A DNA stretch of 64,000 nucleotides from Clostridia bacterium (lineage in GTDB: Bacteria; Bacillota; Clostridia; Christensenellales; Aristaeellaceae). The translations under genes were made by a program, and so were the position numbers. The notes below the pieces were generated by a model. The model did no database searches. It was given only the letters and a program-made list of their open reading frames with translations, and was not told the origin of the DNA. Location of the stretch: positions 3,994-67,993 of the forward strand of contig JAFTWV010000012.1 of NCBI GenBank assembly GCA_017465155.1, written 5' to 3'. Position 1 is the stretch's first letter. Each line of letters starts with the position of its first letter. Below, piece after piece: positions 9,399 to 18,639 of this stretch.

Positions 9399-10169
9399 AT
9401 GACAGACTGGAATGCAGAACAGTACAGCAAGTTCCGTCAGCAGCGTACGCTCCCTGCCCGTGACCTTGCCCGTGCAATCCCCTTGAAACACGCCCGGCGC
9501 ATTATTGATATCGGCTGCGGCATCGGCAACAGCACGGCTGTACTGAAGGACATGTACCCAGCCGCACAGATCACCGGCGCAGACCTTTCAGACAATATGC
9601 TCGCCTCTGCACGGGAGCAGCATCCGGAGCTTGATTTTATACGCTTTGATGCGTCGACTGACTTTCCTTCCCTCACACCCGGCTACGATGTTGTGTTTTC
9701 CAACGCCTGCATCCAGTGGGTACCCAATCACCCGCAGCTCCTTCGCAATATGATGAGCATCCTGCGACAGGGCGGCGTACTGGCTGTCCAGACGCCCATG
9801 AACCATGAGGAGCCGATCCATCGCATCATTGACGGCCTTGTCCGCAGCAGCAAATGGGCGCATCGCTTTCCCACCCCGCGCATATTCCATAACCTGACGC
9901 AGGAAGCCTATTTCGATCTCTTGTCCGATCTTGCCGGAGATTTCACCATCTGGCAGACCACCTACTGCCACCGCATGCCATCCCATCAAAGCATCATGGA
10001 GTGGTACAAGGGTACCGGACTGCGGCCCTATCTGTCGGCACTTTCACCTCAGGACGCAGCCGCTTTTGAATCCGATGTGCTGCAGGAGGTCATCAATGCC
10101 TATCCTGTCCGACAAAACGGCGAGATCATCTTCCGCTTTCCGCGTTTCTTTTTCACGGCCATCAAGTAA
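9399..10169 (+). CDS. tam: Trans-aconitate 2-methyltransferase-like class I SAM methyltransferase
   Basis: WNAEQYSKFRQQRTLPARDL start typical of Tam, plus the SAM motif IIDIGCGIGNST. Confidence 0.75.
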   Translation: MTDWNAEQYSKFRQQRTLPARDLARAIPLKHARRIIDIGCGIGNSTAVLKDMYPAAQITGADLSDNMLASAREQHPELDFIRFDASTDFPSLTPGYDVVFSNACIQWVPNHPQLLRNMMSILRQGGVLAVQTPMNHEEPIHRIIDGLVRSSKWAHRFPTPRIFHNLTQEAYFDLLSDLAGDFTIWQTTYCHRMPSHQSIMEWYKGTGLRPYLSALSPQDAAAFESDVLQEVINAYPVRQNGEIIFRFPRFFFTAIK

Positions 10170-10188
10170 TCCCAAGGAGGCTTATTCC

Positions 10189-11118
10189 ATGCGCATCTGC
10201 CGCCACATCACCGACCTCGTCGGACACACTCCCCTTCTGACTCTGACAAACTACACCGCCGCCAACGCCTTGCCTGCGACGCTGCTGGCCAAGCTGGAAT
10301 GCTTCAACCCTGCCGGCAGCGCAAAGGATCGCGTCGCCCTGTCCATGATCAACGATGCAGAAGGTCGCGGTCTGCTGAACCCCGGCGGCACGATCATCGA
10401 GCCCACCAGCGGCAACACAGGCATCGGCCTTGCGATGGTCGCAGCTTCCCGCGGCTACCGCTGCATCCTTGTCATGCCCGATACCATGAGCGTTGAGCGT
10501 CGCAGTCTCCTTAAGGCTTACGGCGCTCAGGTAGAGCTGACCCCCGGTGCGCTGGGCATGCAGGGCTGCATCGACCGTGCGGAGTCCATCCATCAGAATA
10601 CCCCTAACAGTATCATTGCCGGACAGTTTGCCAATCCAGCGAATCCCGCTGCCCATTACTCCACAACAGGCCCGGAAATCTGGCAGGACACAGACGGACA
10701 GGTCGACATCTTCGTCGCGGGAATCGGAACGGGCGGCACCCTGACCGGTGTCGGCCGCTTCCTGAAGGAGCAGAATCCACGCGTGCGCATCGTTGGTGTG
10801 GAGCCAGCAGCCTCGCCCCTGCTGTCTGGCGGCACTGCTGCCCCCCATCCCCTGCAGGGCATCGGCGCGAACTTCATCCCCGATAATTACGACGCCTCAA
10901 TCTGTGACGAAATCATCACCGTCACAGGCGAAGACGCATACCGTACGGGACGTGAGCTGGCGCAGCATGAGGGGGTGCTGACAGGTATTACCTCGGGCGC
11001 AGCCGTGTGGGCAGCCGCACAGCTGGCCCGACGCCCCGAAAATGCAGGCAAAGTGATCGTTGCCCTTCTGCCCGATTCCGGCGAGCGGTACCTTTCAACG
11101 CCCATGTTCACCGATTGA
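10189..11118 (+). CDS. cysK: Cysteine synthase A (O-acetylserine sulfhydrylase)
   Basis: PLP-lysine motif NPAGSAKDR, TSGNTGIGLA and GIGTGGT. The start follows AAGGAGG, so the longer track ORF (9931) is rejected. Confidence 0.9.
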   Translation: MRICRHITDLVGHTPLLTLTNYTAANALPATLLAKLECFNPAGSAKDRVALSMINDAEGRGLLNPGGTIIEPTSGNTGIGLAMVAASRGYRCILVMPDTMSVERRSLLKAYGAQVELTPGALGMQGCIDRAESIHQNTPNSIIAGQFANPANPAAHYSTTGPEIWQDTDGQVDIFVAGIGTGGTLTGVGRFLKEQNPRVRIVGVEPAASPLLSGGTAAPHPLQGIGANFIPDNYDASICDEIITVTGEDAYRTGRELAQHEGVLTGITSGAAVWAAAQLARRPENAGKVIVALLPDSGERYLSTPMFTD

Positions 11119-11125
11119 CCCATGT

Positions 11126-11171
11126 AAAAACCGGCATGCTCCGCTATCAGGAAGCATGCCGGTCGTTTTTT
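11126..11171. terminator. Bidirectional terminator between cysK (+) and hflX (-)
   Basis: AAAAA-CCGGCATGCT...AGCATGCCGG-TCGTTTTTT. Confidence 0.75.
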
Positions 11172-11181
11172 CTGTCGTTTG

Positions 11182-12942
11182 TTAAGCCTTGATAATCTGC
11201 TTGCCATATTTGCTGACCAGTCTGTCCCGGTCGGAATTGGCAATGATGATGGTCAGCTCCGTACCTTCATCCGTGTATGCCTCGTTAACCACGCGGCCCA
11301 GCGGCCTGATCTGGCTGACCAGTCCATACTGGCTGAAGGGAAGCACGAAGGTTACGGGAGCATAGGATTTCTGCAGCTCGGCAGCAATGCGGCGCTGAAG
11401 CTCATCAAGTCCTTCGCCGGTTTTTGCGGAAACCATCACCGCGCCGGGAATGGAAGGCTCAGCCTGGCCAAGGTCGCACTTGTTGATCACCTCAATACGG
11501 GGCTGCTCCGTTGCCCCCAGCTCAGCAAGCACCTGCGACACGGTATCATGCTGCTTGTGCATCTCACTGGAGGCGCCGTCAGAGACAATCAGCAGCACGT
11601 CTGCCAGCGCAGCTTCGTCCAGCGTGGAGCGGAAGGCGCTGACCAGCGCATGCGGCAGCTTGCGGATGAAACCTACCGTGTCCACCAGCAGAAAAGGCGT
11701 ATGCTCCGCCGTCTCAATGCGGCGGGAAACCGCATCCAGCGTCGCGAAGAGCTGATCCTGCACATAGACGTCGCTTCCGGTCATCTTGTTCAGCAGGGTC
11801 GATTTGCCTGCATTGGTGTAGCCTACGAGCGCCACCACGGGAATCTCGTTCTTCTCGCGGTTCTTACGGCGGAGCTCACGCTGCTTTTCGACCGTTTCGA
11901 GACGGCGGCGCAGCTCGGTCATGCGCTCACGGATGCGTCGGCGGTTCATTTCCAGCTTGGATTCACCGGGGCCACGGGTACCGATGCCGCCCGCAAGCCG
12001 CGACAGCACCAATCCCTGACCAATCAGCCTCGTAGACTGATACTGCAGCTGGGCCAGCTCCACCTGCAGCTTGCCCTCGGCAGAGGATGCGCGCTGCGCG
12101 AAAATATCCAGAATCAGCGTTGTGCGGTCGACAACCTTCACCCGCAGCATGTCCTCCAGATTGCGCACCTGAATGCCGCTGAGCTCCTCGTCAAAGATGC
12201 AAACATCCGCTTCCAGCGCCTGGCATTGACGGCTGAGCTCGTCCGCCCGGCCCCTGCCGATGAACAACGCCGTATCAGGCTTGTCGCGCTTCTGCAGGAA
12301 CATGCCCACAACCTCCGCTCCGGCGGTATCTGCCAAACGGGCAAGCTCCTGCAGGCTCTCCTCGCTCTCGATGCCCATGAGCACCGCGCGCTCCCTGACA
12401 TTGGGATTCTTCTGCTCGTCCTCCCAGCCGACGATACGGTCGCTCTCTTCAATCTGATGGTTCCATTCCGCATCCGGCACCTTATACCAGCGGACAGGCT
12501 CATCCAGCAGAATGTTCTGCTTTTCCACCAGGAAGCTGGCCTGCACGAAGGTCGGCTCGCCCTTCAGGCAGCCAATGGCGACCATCGAGTCATAGCGGAA
12601 AGACCGCAGCGCCGACAGATCCACATCAGAAAGCCTGCCGTCGCCATTGGGGTGCGTATGGACGCAGCGCACGCAGGAAAGTCTCTGAGCATTGCGGCGC
12701 AGGCGATAATCCCGCAGCTCCACATCACGGTCAGTACCGACAGATACATCGACGATTTCGCCGTCGCGGGTGATATACACGGCGATCTCACGGTTGAGCG
12801 CGCCAGTGAAGCGGGCAAGGAACTGCATCAGCTCCTTCGGGAGGAAATCACCCTCCTCCACTTCGTAGTTATACAGCTGAGCCAGCGCGTCGATCACAGA
12901 ATCGCGGATGCCGGTCAGATTGCCATGAACCTCTTGCTTCAT
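11182..12942 (-). CDS. hflX: GTPase HflX with a ~180-aa N-terminal extension carrying a JAMM/MPN+-like motif
   Basis: HflX N-domain and linker (LQVELAQLQYQ..., GPGESKLE). G-domain motifs G1 GYTNAGKST, G3 DTVGF and G4 NKCD. The N-terminal extension contains HTHPNGDGRLSDVD. Confidence 0.9.
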   Translation of the reverse strand: MKQEVHGNLTGIRDSVIDALAQLYNYEVEEGDFLPKELMQFLARFTGALNREIAVYITRDGEIVDVSVGTDRDVELRDYRLRRNAQRLSCVRCVHTHPNGDGRLSDVDLSALRSFRYDSMVAIGCLKGEPTFVQASFLVEKQNILLDEPVRWYKVPDAEWNHQIEESDRIVGWEDEQKNPNVRERAVLMGIESEESLQELARLADTAGAEVVGMFLQKRDKPDTALFIGRGRADELSRQCQALEADVCIFDEELSGIQVRNLEDMLRVKVVDRTTLILDIFAQRASSAEGKLQVELAQLQYQSTRLIGQGLVLSRLAGGIGTRGPGESKLEMNRRRIRERMTELRRRLETVEKQRELRRKNREKNEIPVVALVGYTNAGKSTLLNKMTGSDVYVQDQLFATLDAVSRRIETAEHTPFLLVDTVGFIRKLPHALVSAFRSTLDEAALADVLLIVSDGASSEMHKQHDTVSQVLAELGATEQPRIEVINKCDLGQAEPSIPGAVMVSAKTGEGLDELQRRIAAELQKSYAPVTFVLPFSQYGLVSQIRPLGRVVNEAYTDEGTELTIIIANSDRDRLVSKYGKQIIKA

Positions 12943-14000
12943 GAATTAGTCCTTTCAGCAGAGTAGTCGCGGTCGATGGGCTTGCGGCGTTTGCGGATGC
13001 CGACATATACCGCATCCGCGCAGCCAACAAGCAGGCAGAGATAATACGTTACAAAACGCCAGACCAGCAAAGCCACGGAGATCGTGCCGCCGGTATAGAC
13101 GCCTGCAAAATACACAAGGAAGCCGCCCTCCTGCGCACCGGACGCGCCGGGCAGAGGCGTATAGCTGGCGGAGACAAACAGCATGAACGACAGCATCAGG
13201 ATATGATACCAGGGTGTGCCGCTCAGTCCCAGCGCCTTGTATACCAGCAGCGGCACCAGCATCAGGAAAGTCATCTCCGCCACGCTGATGATCAGCTGGA
13301 ACAGCAGATGGCCAGGATGCTTAACCAAATCCATCAGCGAGGTATGGAAGTGGTCGATGGACTCCATCGCCTTTTTCTTCCATTTTTCAGGTTGCCTGCA
13401 GATGCGCCGTCTGGCCAGAAAACGAATGCCCCACAGTGCAGCGCGCTCTACCAGCGCCCGGTTGCACATGATCGCAATGATAATCGGCACGCAGGCGAAA
13501 TTCACCACGCAGCCCAGCACAATCAGCCCTGCCACATGCCCCACCTGAGCTGCTGCAAAATCCCTGTTCAACACCCATAGCAGCACCGTGATGGCAACAA
13601 CCGCCAGCTGATTGAAGAAGTACCTTGCCGTCAGCGCCGATGTTGCCACACCAGCAGGCACGCCGCGCTGCGCCATCTGGTAAACCTGCATCGGCTGTCC
13701 ACCTGTCGAGGAGGGCGTGATGTTGGCATAGTACATGCCTGCGAAGGAGAAATGCGCCGCCGAAGAAAGCTTTACCCGGAAGCCCTCCATTCGCAGGAAT
13801 GCAAACAGGCCTGCTCCTTCGGCGTACACATAGCCTGCATAGCAAAGGATCGCCAGCGCCAGATAGCCCTTGTCCAGCGTGAACAGGACCTCCCACGCAT
13901 TTGCAAGCTCCGGGTTCGTGAATGCGATGATCAGCACCATCGCCAGTGAAAGCAGAATCACCGCCGTACTGATGATCTTGCCCCATTTTCCTTGCTTCAA
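12939..14000 (-). CDS. Polytopic membrane protein, flippase-like / lysyl-PG synthase TM-region (UPF0104) type (tentative)
   Basis: 353 aa with about 8 TM helices. TTG start with an upstream GGGAG. Its stop overlaps the hflX start by 4 nt. Confidence 0.5.
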   Translation of the reverse strand: MKQGKWGKIISTAVILLSLAMVLIIAFTNPELANAWEVLFTLDKGYLALAILCYAGYVYAEGAGLFAFLRMEGFRVKLSSAAHFSFAGMYYANITPSSTGGQPMQVYQMAQRGVPAGVATSALTARYFFNQLAVVAITVLLWVLNRDFAAAQVGHVAGLIVLGCVVNFACVPIIIAIMCNRALVERAALWGIRFLARRRICRQPEKWKKKAMESIDHFHTSLMDLVKHPGHLLFQLIISVAEMTFLMLVPLLVYKALGLSGTPWYHILMLSFMLFVSASYTPLPGASGAQEGGFLVYFAGVYTGGTISVALLVWRFVTYYLCLLVGCADAVYVGIRKRRKPIDRDYSAERTNS

Positions 14001-14125
14001 ATCAGGGTTCTCCCTTCGGTTTGTCAGAATACCGCATGATATTATACCATATCCGGATCGTCCGCGTAAAGAGGCATGGCTGGTTTCTCAAGGGATTCTA
14101 ATCCTTGTCAGCCCTTTTCATGACT

Positions 14126-14166
14126 GAAAAAGAAGCTCCGCCTGCCCGTCATAGGCCTGCGGAGCT
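14126..14166 (-). terminator. Intrinsic terminator after the 14185-14868 gene
   Basis: On the minus strand, stem AGCTCCGC/GCGGAGCT followed by TCTTTTTC. Confidence 0.55.
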
Positions 14167-14184
14167 CAGGACGCCCGGCCTGAA

Positions 14185-14868
14185 TCAGCCGTTGCCCTCC
14201 TCATCGGGTTCAACCAGATAAACAGCGCCGGTCACAGCGTCCAGATTGACCTTGTACACATACTCGCTGCCCTGTACAAAGTAGACCTCCCACACACCAT
14301 TGGTGGTACCGTCACCGCTGCCCATGATGTAGCCGTAGCCGATCTCATAGTCAGCAGAGCTGGTCATTCCCAGCACATTCATCGCCTTCACGAGGGCCTC
14401 GGCATAGCTCATATCGCCGCTCACAGGCATACCGTAGGTGGGCTGCATGGTATACAGGGTATCGTAGAGCAGCTTGTCCTCCAGAGACCAGAGATACTCA
14501 ACGCCCTTGGCCGTCTCCCAACGGGCACTCATCTCGCTGAAGTAGCCGATATTGGTCGTATCAACGCTCTTCACCTCACCGGAAACAGCGTCTACAGCGA
14601 TGCACCAGCCATCGGTGAAGCTGGTCAGGTCGAAGATGGACACGATCCACTGGTGGCTGTCATCCGTCATGCGTACCAGCTCAGCACGGGTCAGGCAATC
14701 CGCAGGAAGCACCTCCAGCGCCGCTTCCGCCTTCTTGATGGCGTCAGTCATATGCAGCATGCCATCCACATGGGGAACAATCTGCGCCGGCACAGCTGCG
14801 GGCTCCTCAGCACAGGCGGCAGTCATCATCAGCAGCAGCGCCGCCAGAATCAGCAGGAACTTCTTCAT
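14185..14868 (-). CDS. Secreted lipoprotein with PepSY-like repeats (tentative)
   Basis: Lipobox signal peptide (MKKFLLILAALLLMMTAAC). There are two modules ending in beta-rich segments, such as VYKVNLDAVTGAVYLVE. Confidence 0.5.
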   Translation of the reverse strand: MKKFLLILAALLLMMTAACAEEPAAVPAQIVPHVDGMLHMTDAIKKAEAALEVLPADCLTRAELVRMTDDSHQWIVSIFDLTSFTDGWCIAVDAVSGEVKSVDTTNIGYFSEMSARWETAKGVEYLWSLEDKLLYDTLYTMQPTYGMPVSGDMSYAEALVKAMNVLGMTSSADYEIGYGYIMGSGDGTTNGVWEVYFVQGSEYVYKVNLDAVTGAVYLVEPDEEGNG

Positions 14869-14969
14869 GGTACATCAATCCTCCTTGTCAGTCGGGGTGA
14901 TTTCAGAGTAGCATAAATTGGCTTCTCTGTCAACATAACGGATCAAACAAGCGGATTCTTCCCGCTCCG

Positions 14970-15338
14970 TCACTTTTTGGTGCGGATCGCGTGCACCGCC
15001 ATGAAGCTGATGAACGCGCATTCCACAAGCACTACGTCGCCGTCGGTCGTGTGCAGCATATCCAGCACCGGGATGCTGATGCCGATGACCCACAGATACT
15101 GGCTGATCATCGTCAGCGACAGGCACAGCAGCGGAATCCACAGAAGATGCGCAAAGGGCTCTTTCTTCTTCGTCGCTCCTGAAAGGGGCAGCAGAAGCGC
15201 CAGACCAATGCCCAGCACCAGTCCCTTGAACACCTCCGTCCAGAAGGGAATACCCTCCAGCAGCGGCAGCAGCATGCTCAGCGCCGCCGTCATCACCAGC
15301 GGGAGGACAATGACCACCAGCTTGCGCAAAAACATCAC
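14970..15338 (-). CDS. Small hydrophobic membrane protein
   Basis: 122 aa with 4 predicted TM helices. Overlaps the trmD stop by 4 nt. Confidence 0.5.
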   Translation of the reverse strand: MMFLRKLVVIVLPLVMTAALSMLLPLLEGIPFWTEVFKGLVLGIGLALLLPLSGATKKKEPFAHLLWIPLLCLSLTMISQYLWVIGISIPVLDMLHTTDGDVVLVECAFISFMAVHAIRTKK

Positions 15339-16054
15339 AGTTCCTCCAGCATACGCTTTTCCTTGTCAGTCAGATCTGCCTTTTTCAGCAGATCAGGACG
15401 GAACTTCTTTGTTGCCCGGAGAGATTCGCGCCGACGCCATGCCTTGATCTTCGCGTGATCGCCCGACAGCAGAATCTCAGGCACCTCCATGCCCCGCAGT
15501 TCACGGGGGCGGGTATACTGCGGGTACTCCAGCAGCCCGTCAGAGAAACTCTCCTCCTCCGGAGATTCCGCGCTGCCCAGCACGCCCGGGATAAACCGCG
15601 CCACACAGTCTGTCAGCACCATTGCCGCCAGTTCACCGCCGGTCAGGATATAATCGCCGATGGAGATTTCTTCGTCAATACATGCATCCAGCGCCCGCTG
15701 ATCCACGCCCTCATAATGGCCGCAGAGCAGCACAAGATGCTCTTCCTGCGCCAGCTCCCGCGCCTTTTGCGTGGTCAGCGTCGTACCGCGTGGGCCCATG
15801 TAAATTCGCTTTCCACGAAACGCAGGGCCCGTCACGCTGTCCATTGCATCCATGATGGGCTGGGCCAGCATCACCATGCCTGCGCCGCCGCCAAAGGGAT
15901 AATCATCGGTATTCTTGTGCTTACGATCGGAGAAGGGGCGGATGTCGACGCATTCAACCTCAATCAGTCCCTGTTCCCGGGCACGTCCAAGGATGCTGGA
16001 ATTCAGCACGCTCTCAAACATCTCAGGGAAAATGGTCAGGATGGTGATCTTCAT
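15335..16054 (-). CDS. trmD: tRNA (guanine37-N1)-methyltransferase
   Basis: MKITILTIFPEMFESVLNSSILGRA start and the GGGAGMVM motif. A GGAGG RBS lies upstream of the internal ATG. Confidence 0.92.
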   Translation of the reverse strand: MKITILTIFPEMFESVLNSSILGRAREQGLIEVECVDIRPFSDRKHKNTDDYPFGGGAGMVMLAQPIMDAMDSVTGPAFRGKRIYMGPRGTTLTTQKARELAQEEHLVLLCGHYEGVDQRALDACIDEEISIGDYILTGGELAAMVLTDCVARFIPGVLGSAESPEEESFSDGLLEYPQYTRPRELRGMEVPEILLSGDHAKIKAWRRRESLRATKKFRPDLLKKADLTDKEKRMLEEL

Positions 16055-16058
16055 CCCC

Positions 16059-16580
16059 TTATTCCTCCCAGACAGCCACTTCGTCCAGCTTCTCACGGAC
16101 GACACTGATCCGCTTTTCCGCGACGTCAACCAGCGGGAACACCGCCTTGAGCGCCGGTGCCATCACACTGCATCCCTTCGCCTTGAAGACATATACATCC
16201 ACCACGCCATGCTGCAGCACATCCTGCAGAATGCCGATGGATTTGCCCTCCTCATCAATGCCCTCGCAGCCGATGAGGTCGGAAATGTACACTTCGTCCG
16301 CCTCCAGCGGATTGGCATGGGCGCGGTCAATGTAGAGCTGCATGCCGCGCAGCTTCTCCGCATCTTCCATGGACACGCTTTCCCCCAGCGTTGCATACAC
16401 AAAGCCGTCATGCACGCGGCTGCATCTTGACTTGATGGGTTGAAAAAACGCGCCCTGCTTGATATAGAGCGTCTTCCAGCGTCGGAAATCGTCATGGTTG
16501 GCGGCATAGGGCTTGATCTTAACCTCACCCTTAATGCCCTGAGGCTTGAGAACCTCGCCGATCATCAGGTATTCTGTCAT
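16059..16580 (-). CDS. rimM: 16S rRNA processing protein RimM
   Basis: IGEVLKPQGIKGEVKIKPY motif plus a PRC barrel C-terminus. Conserved position upstream of trmD. Confidence 0.88.
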   Translation of the reverse strand: MTEYLMIGEVLKPQGIKGEVKIKPYAANHDDFRRWKTLYIKQGAFFQPIKSRCSRVHDGFVYATLGESVSMEDAEKLRGMQLYIDRAHANPLEADEVYISDLIGCEGIDEEGKSIGILQDVLQHGVVDVYVFKAKGCSVMAPALKAVFPLVDVAEKRISVVREKLDEVAVWEE

Positions 16581-16640
16581 GGGGCATTCTCCTTTGAAAA
16601 AAGGGCACGGAAACATCGCTGCTCCCGCGCCCTTTGCAAC

Positions 16641-16868
16641 TTACTGGATTTCCACAAAAACAGGCTTGCTGTTCTTGGCGGTCGCAGCCTTGACCACCGC
16701 ACGGATGGCCTTGGCAATGCGGCCCTGCTTGCCGATGACCTTGCCCATATCCTCTTCAGCAACGCTGAGCTCGAGAATGATGGCTTCCGGTCCCTCGGTC
16801 TCACGGACGACGACCTGGTCGGGGTGATCCACCAGGGACTTCGCCACAAAGGTGAGCAATTCTTGCAT
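16641..16868 (-). CDS. KH domain RNA-binding protein (YlqC family)
   Basis: GKVIGKQGRIAKAIR is a GXXG KH motif. The gene sits between rpsP and rimM, as in other Firmicutes. Confidence 0.8.
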   Translation of the reverse strand: MQELLTFVAKSLVDHPDQVVVRETEGPEAIILELSVAEEDMGKVIGKQGRIAKAIRAVVKAATAKNSKPVFVEIQ

Positions 16869-16964
16869 GAGGGGTGTCCTTTCTGCCGACTGGCGCACAA
16901 CGAAAGCCTGATCACATTCTTGTGCAATCAAGCGTCCGTTGAGAAGAAAAGGGGCTCAGACCCC

Positions 16965-17213
16965 TTACTTCTCGATCACGCCGGTCTTCTTCAGCAGAAC
17001 GCGCACGGTGTCGGTGGGCTGGGCGCCGCAGGTCAGCCAATACTTGGCGCGCTCGCCGTCAACCTTGATCTCAGCAGGCTGGGTCATGGGATTGTAGTAG
17101 CCGATCTCCTCGATGAAGCGGCCATCACGGGGGCTCTTGATGTCAGCAACGACAACACGGTAGAAGGGCTTCTTCTTCATACCCATTCTCTTCAGACGAA
17201 TCTTGACAGACAT
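16965..17213 (-). CDS. rpsP: 30S ribosomal protein S16
   Basis: [24 protein letters not shown]. Confidence 0.95.
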   Translation of the reverse strand: MSVKIRLKRMGMKKKPFYRVVVADIKSPRDGRFIEEIGYYNPMTQPAEIKVDGERAKYWLTCGAQPTDTVRVLLKKTGVIEK

Positions 17214-17310
17214 TGTTTGTTCCTCCTCAAAATCTGTTGGTAATTGATCTATATGGAAATCATATACGCGTTGTTATATGATACCATGCAATGTATGGGG
17301 CGCTTCCGCC

Positions 17311-18639
17311 TTACCTGCCGGGGAAGCGCATGCGCATGCGGCCGCCGCGGCCCTTCATCTGGCTGGTCATCCGCTTCATCATGTCCTTGGCCTGCTCGAA
17401 CTGGCGGATCAGCTGATTGACGTCCTGCACGGTGGTGCCGGAGCCTGCAGCGATGCGCTTACGGCGGCTGGCGTTGAGCACGCTGGGATTGCGGCGCTCG
17501 CGGGGCGTCATGGAACGGATGATGGCCTCAGGCTTCTTCATCGCGTTCTCGTCAACCTCGATGTCCTTGCCCGACATGCCGGGGATCATCTCCAGCATGG
17601 ACTTGATGCCGCCCATCTTCTTCATGGACTGCATCTGCTCCAGGAAGTCCTCAAGAGTCAGCTCAGCGTTGCGGGCCTTGCGGGTCAGCTTGTCTGCGTC
17701 CTTCTCATCGAAGACCTCGGCTGCCTTGTCGATCAGCGTGAGCACGTCGCCCATGCCAAGGATTCGGCTGGCCATACGATCGGGGTGGAAGGGCTCGATC
17801 TCCGTCAACTTCTCGCCGACGCCGGAGAACTTGATCGGCTTGCCCGTCACCGCGCGGACAGACAGCGCCGCACCGCCGCGGGTATCGCCGTCCAGCTTGG
17901 TAAGGATCACGCCGTCGACATTCAGCTTCTCGTTGAAGGTCTGAGCAACGTTCACCGCGTCCTGACCGGTCATCGCATCGACCACCAGCAGGATTTCCTG
18001 CGGCTTGATGGTCTCCTTGATGCGGGCCAGCTCGTCCATGAGCTCAGTGTCAATATGCAGACGACCAGCCGTATCGACGATCAGCACGTCGCGGCCCAGA
18101 TAGCGGGCGCGCTCAACAGCTTCCTTTGCAGTCTTGACCGGATCCTGCGTGCCATGCTCATAGACAGGTACCTTCACCTGCTCGCCGACCACCTGCAGCT
18201 GCTTGATAGCGGCGGGGCGGTAGATGTCACAGGCAGCCAGCATGGGCTTCTTGCCCTGCTTGACCAGCCAGCCTGCCAGCTTGGCAGCCATGGTGGTCTT
18301 GCCGGCGCCCTGCAGACCGCAGAGCATATAAACCGTCAGCGGGCTGGAGGACCAGGTCAGCTTGGCATTGGTACCGCCCATCAGCTGGGTCATCTCGTCG
18401 CGAACGATGGAAATGACCTGCTGGGAAGCAGTCAGCGTGCCGGTAATCTCCTGTCCGACGCAGCGTTCGGTGACCTTCTTGATAAAATCCTTGGCGACGG
18501 CATAGTTAACGTCAGCCTCAAGCAGTGCCATGCGAACCTCGCGCATGCCCTCCTTGACGTTCTGCTCAGTCAGCTTGCCCTTGCTGCTCATCTTGCGCAG
18601 TGCGCCTTGCAGCTTCTCTGTCAAGCCCTCAAAGGCCAT
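17311..18639 (-). CDS. ffh: Signal recognition particle protein Ffh
   Basis: NG domain (GLQGAGKTT, DTAGR, TKLDGD) and a Met-rich M domain. The start is MAFEGLTEKL after GGAGG. Confidence 0.95.
   Translation of the reverse strand: MAFEGLTEKLQGALRKMSSKGKLTEQNVKEGMREVRMALLEADVNYAVAKDFIKKVTERCVGQEITGTLTASQQVISIVRDEMTQLMGGTNAKLTWSSSPLTVYMLCGLQGAGKTTMAAKLAGWLVKQGKKPMLAACDIYRPAAIKQLQVVGEQVKVPVYEHGTQDPVKTAKEAVERARYLGRDVLIVDTAGRLHIDTELMDELARIKETIKPQEILLVVDAMTGQDAVNVAQTFNEKLNVDGVILTKLDGDTRGGAALSVRAVTGKPIKFSGVGEKLTEIEPFHPDRMASRILGMGDVLTLIDKAAEVFDEKDADKLTRKARNAELTLEDFLEQMQSMKKMGGIKSMLEMIPGMSGKDIEVDENAMKKPEAIIRSMTPRERRNPSVLNASRRKRIAAGSGTTVQDVNQLIRQFEQAKDMMKRMTSQMKGRGGRMRMRFPGR

Noticed and set aside
9931-10188. 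N-terminally extended versions of real genes in the ORF track. Examples: cysK from 9931, GT2 from 3508, uvrC from 48311, 25060-26424, trmD from 16129, LCP from 52686, nfeD from 60440.
   Set aside because: The extensions overlap upstream genes or terminators and lack an RBS. Conserved N-termini with good Shine-Dalgarno sequences start at internal ATGs, and all starts used were checked for frame consistency.
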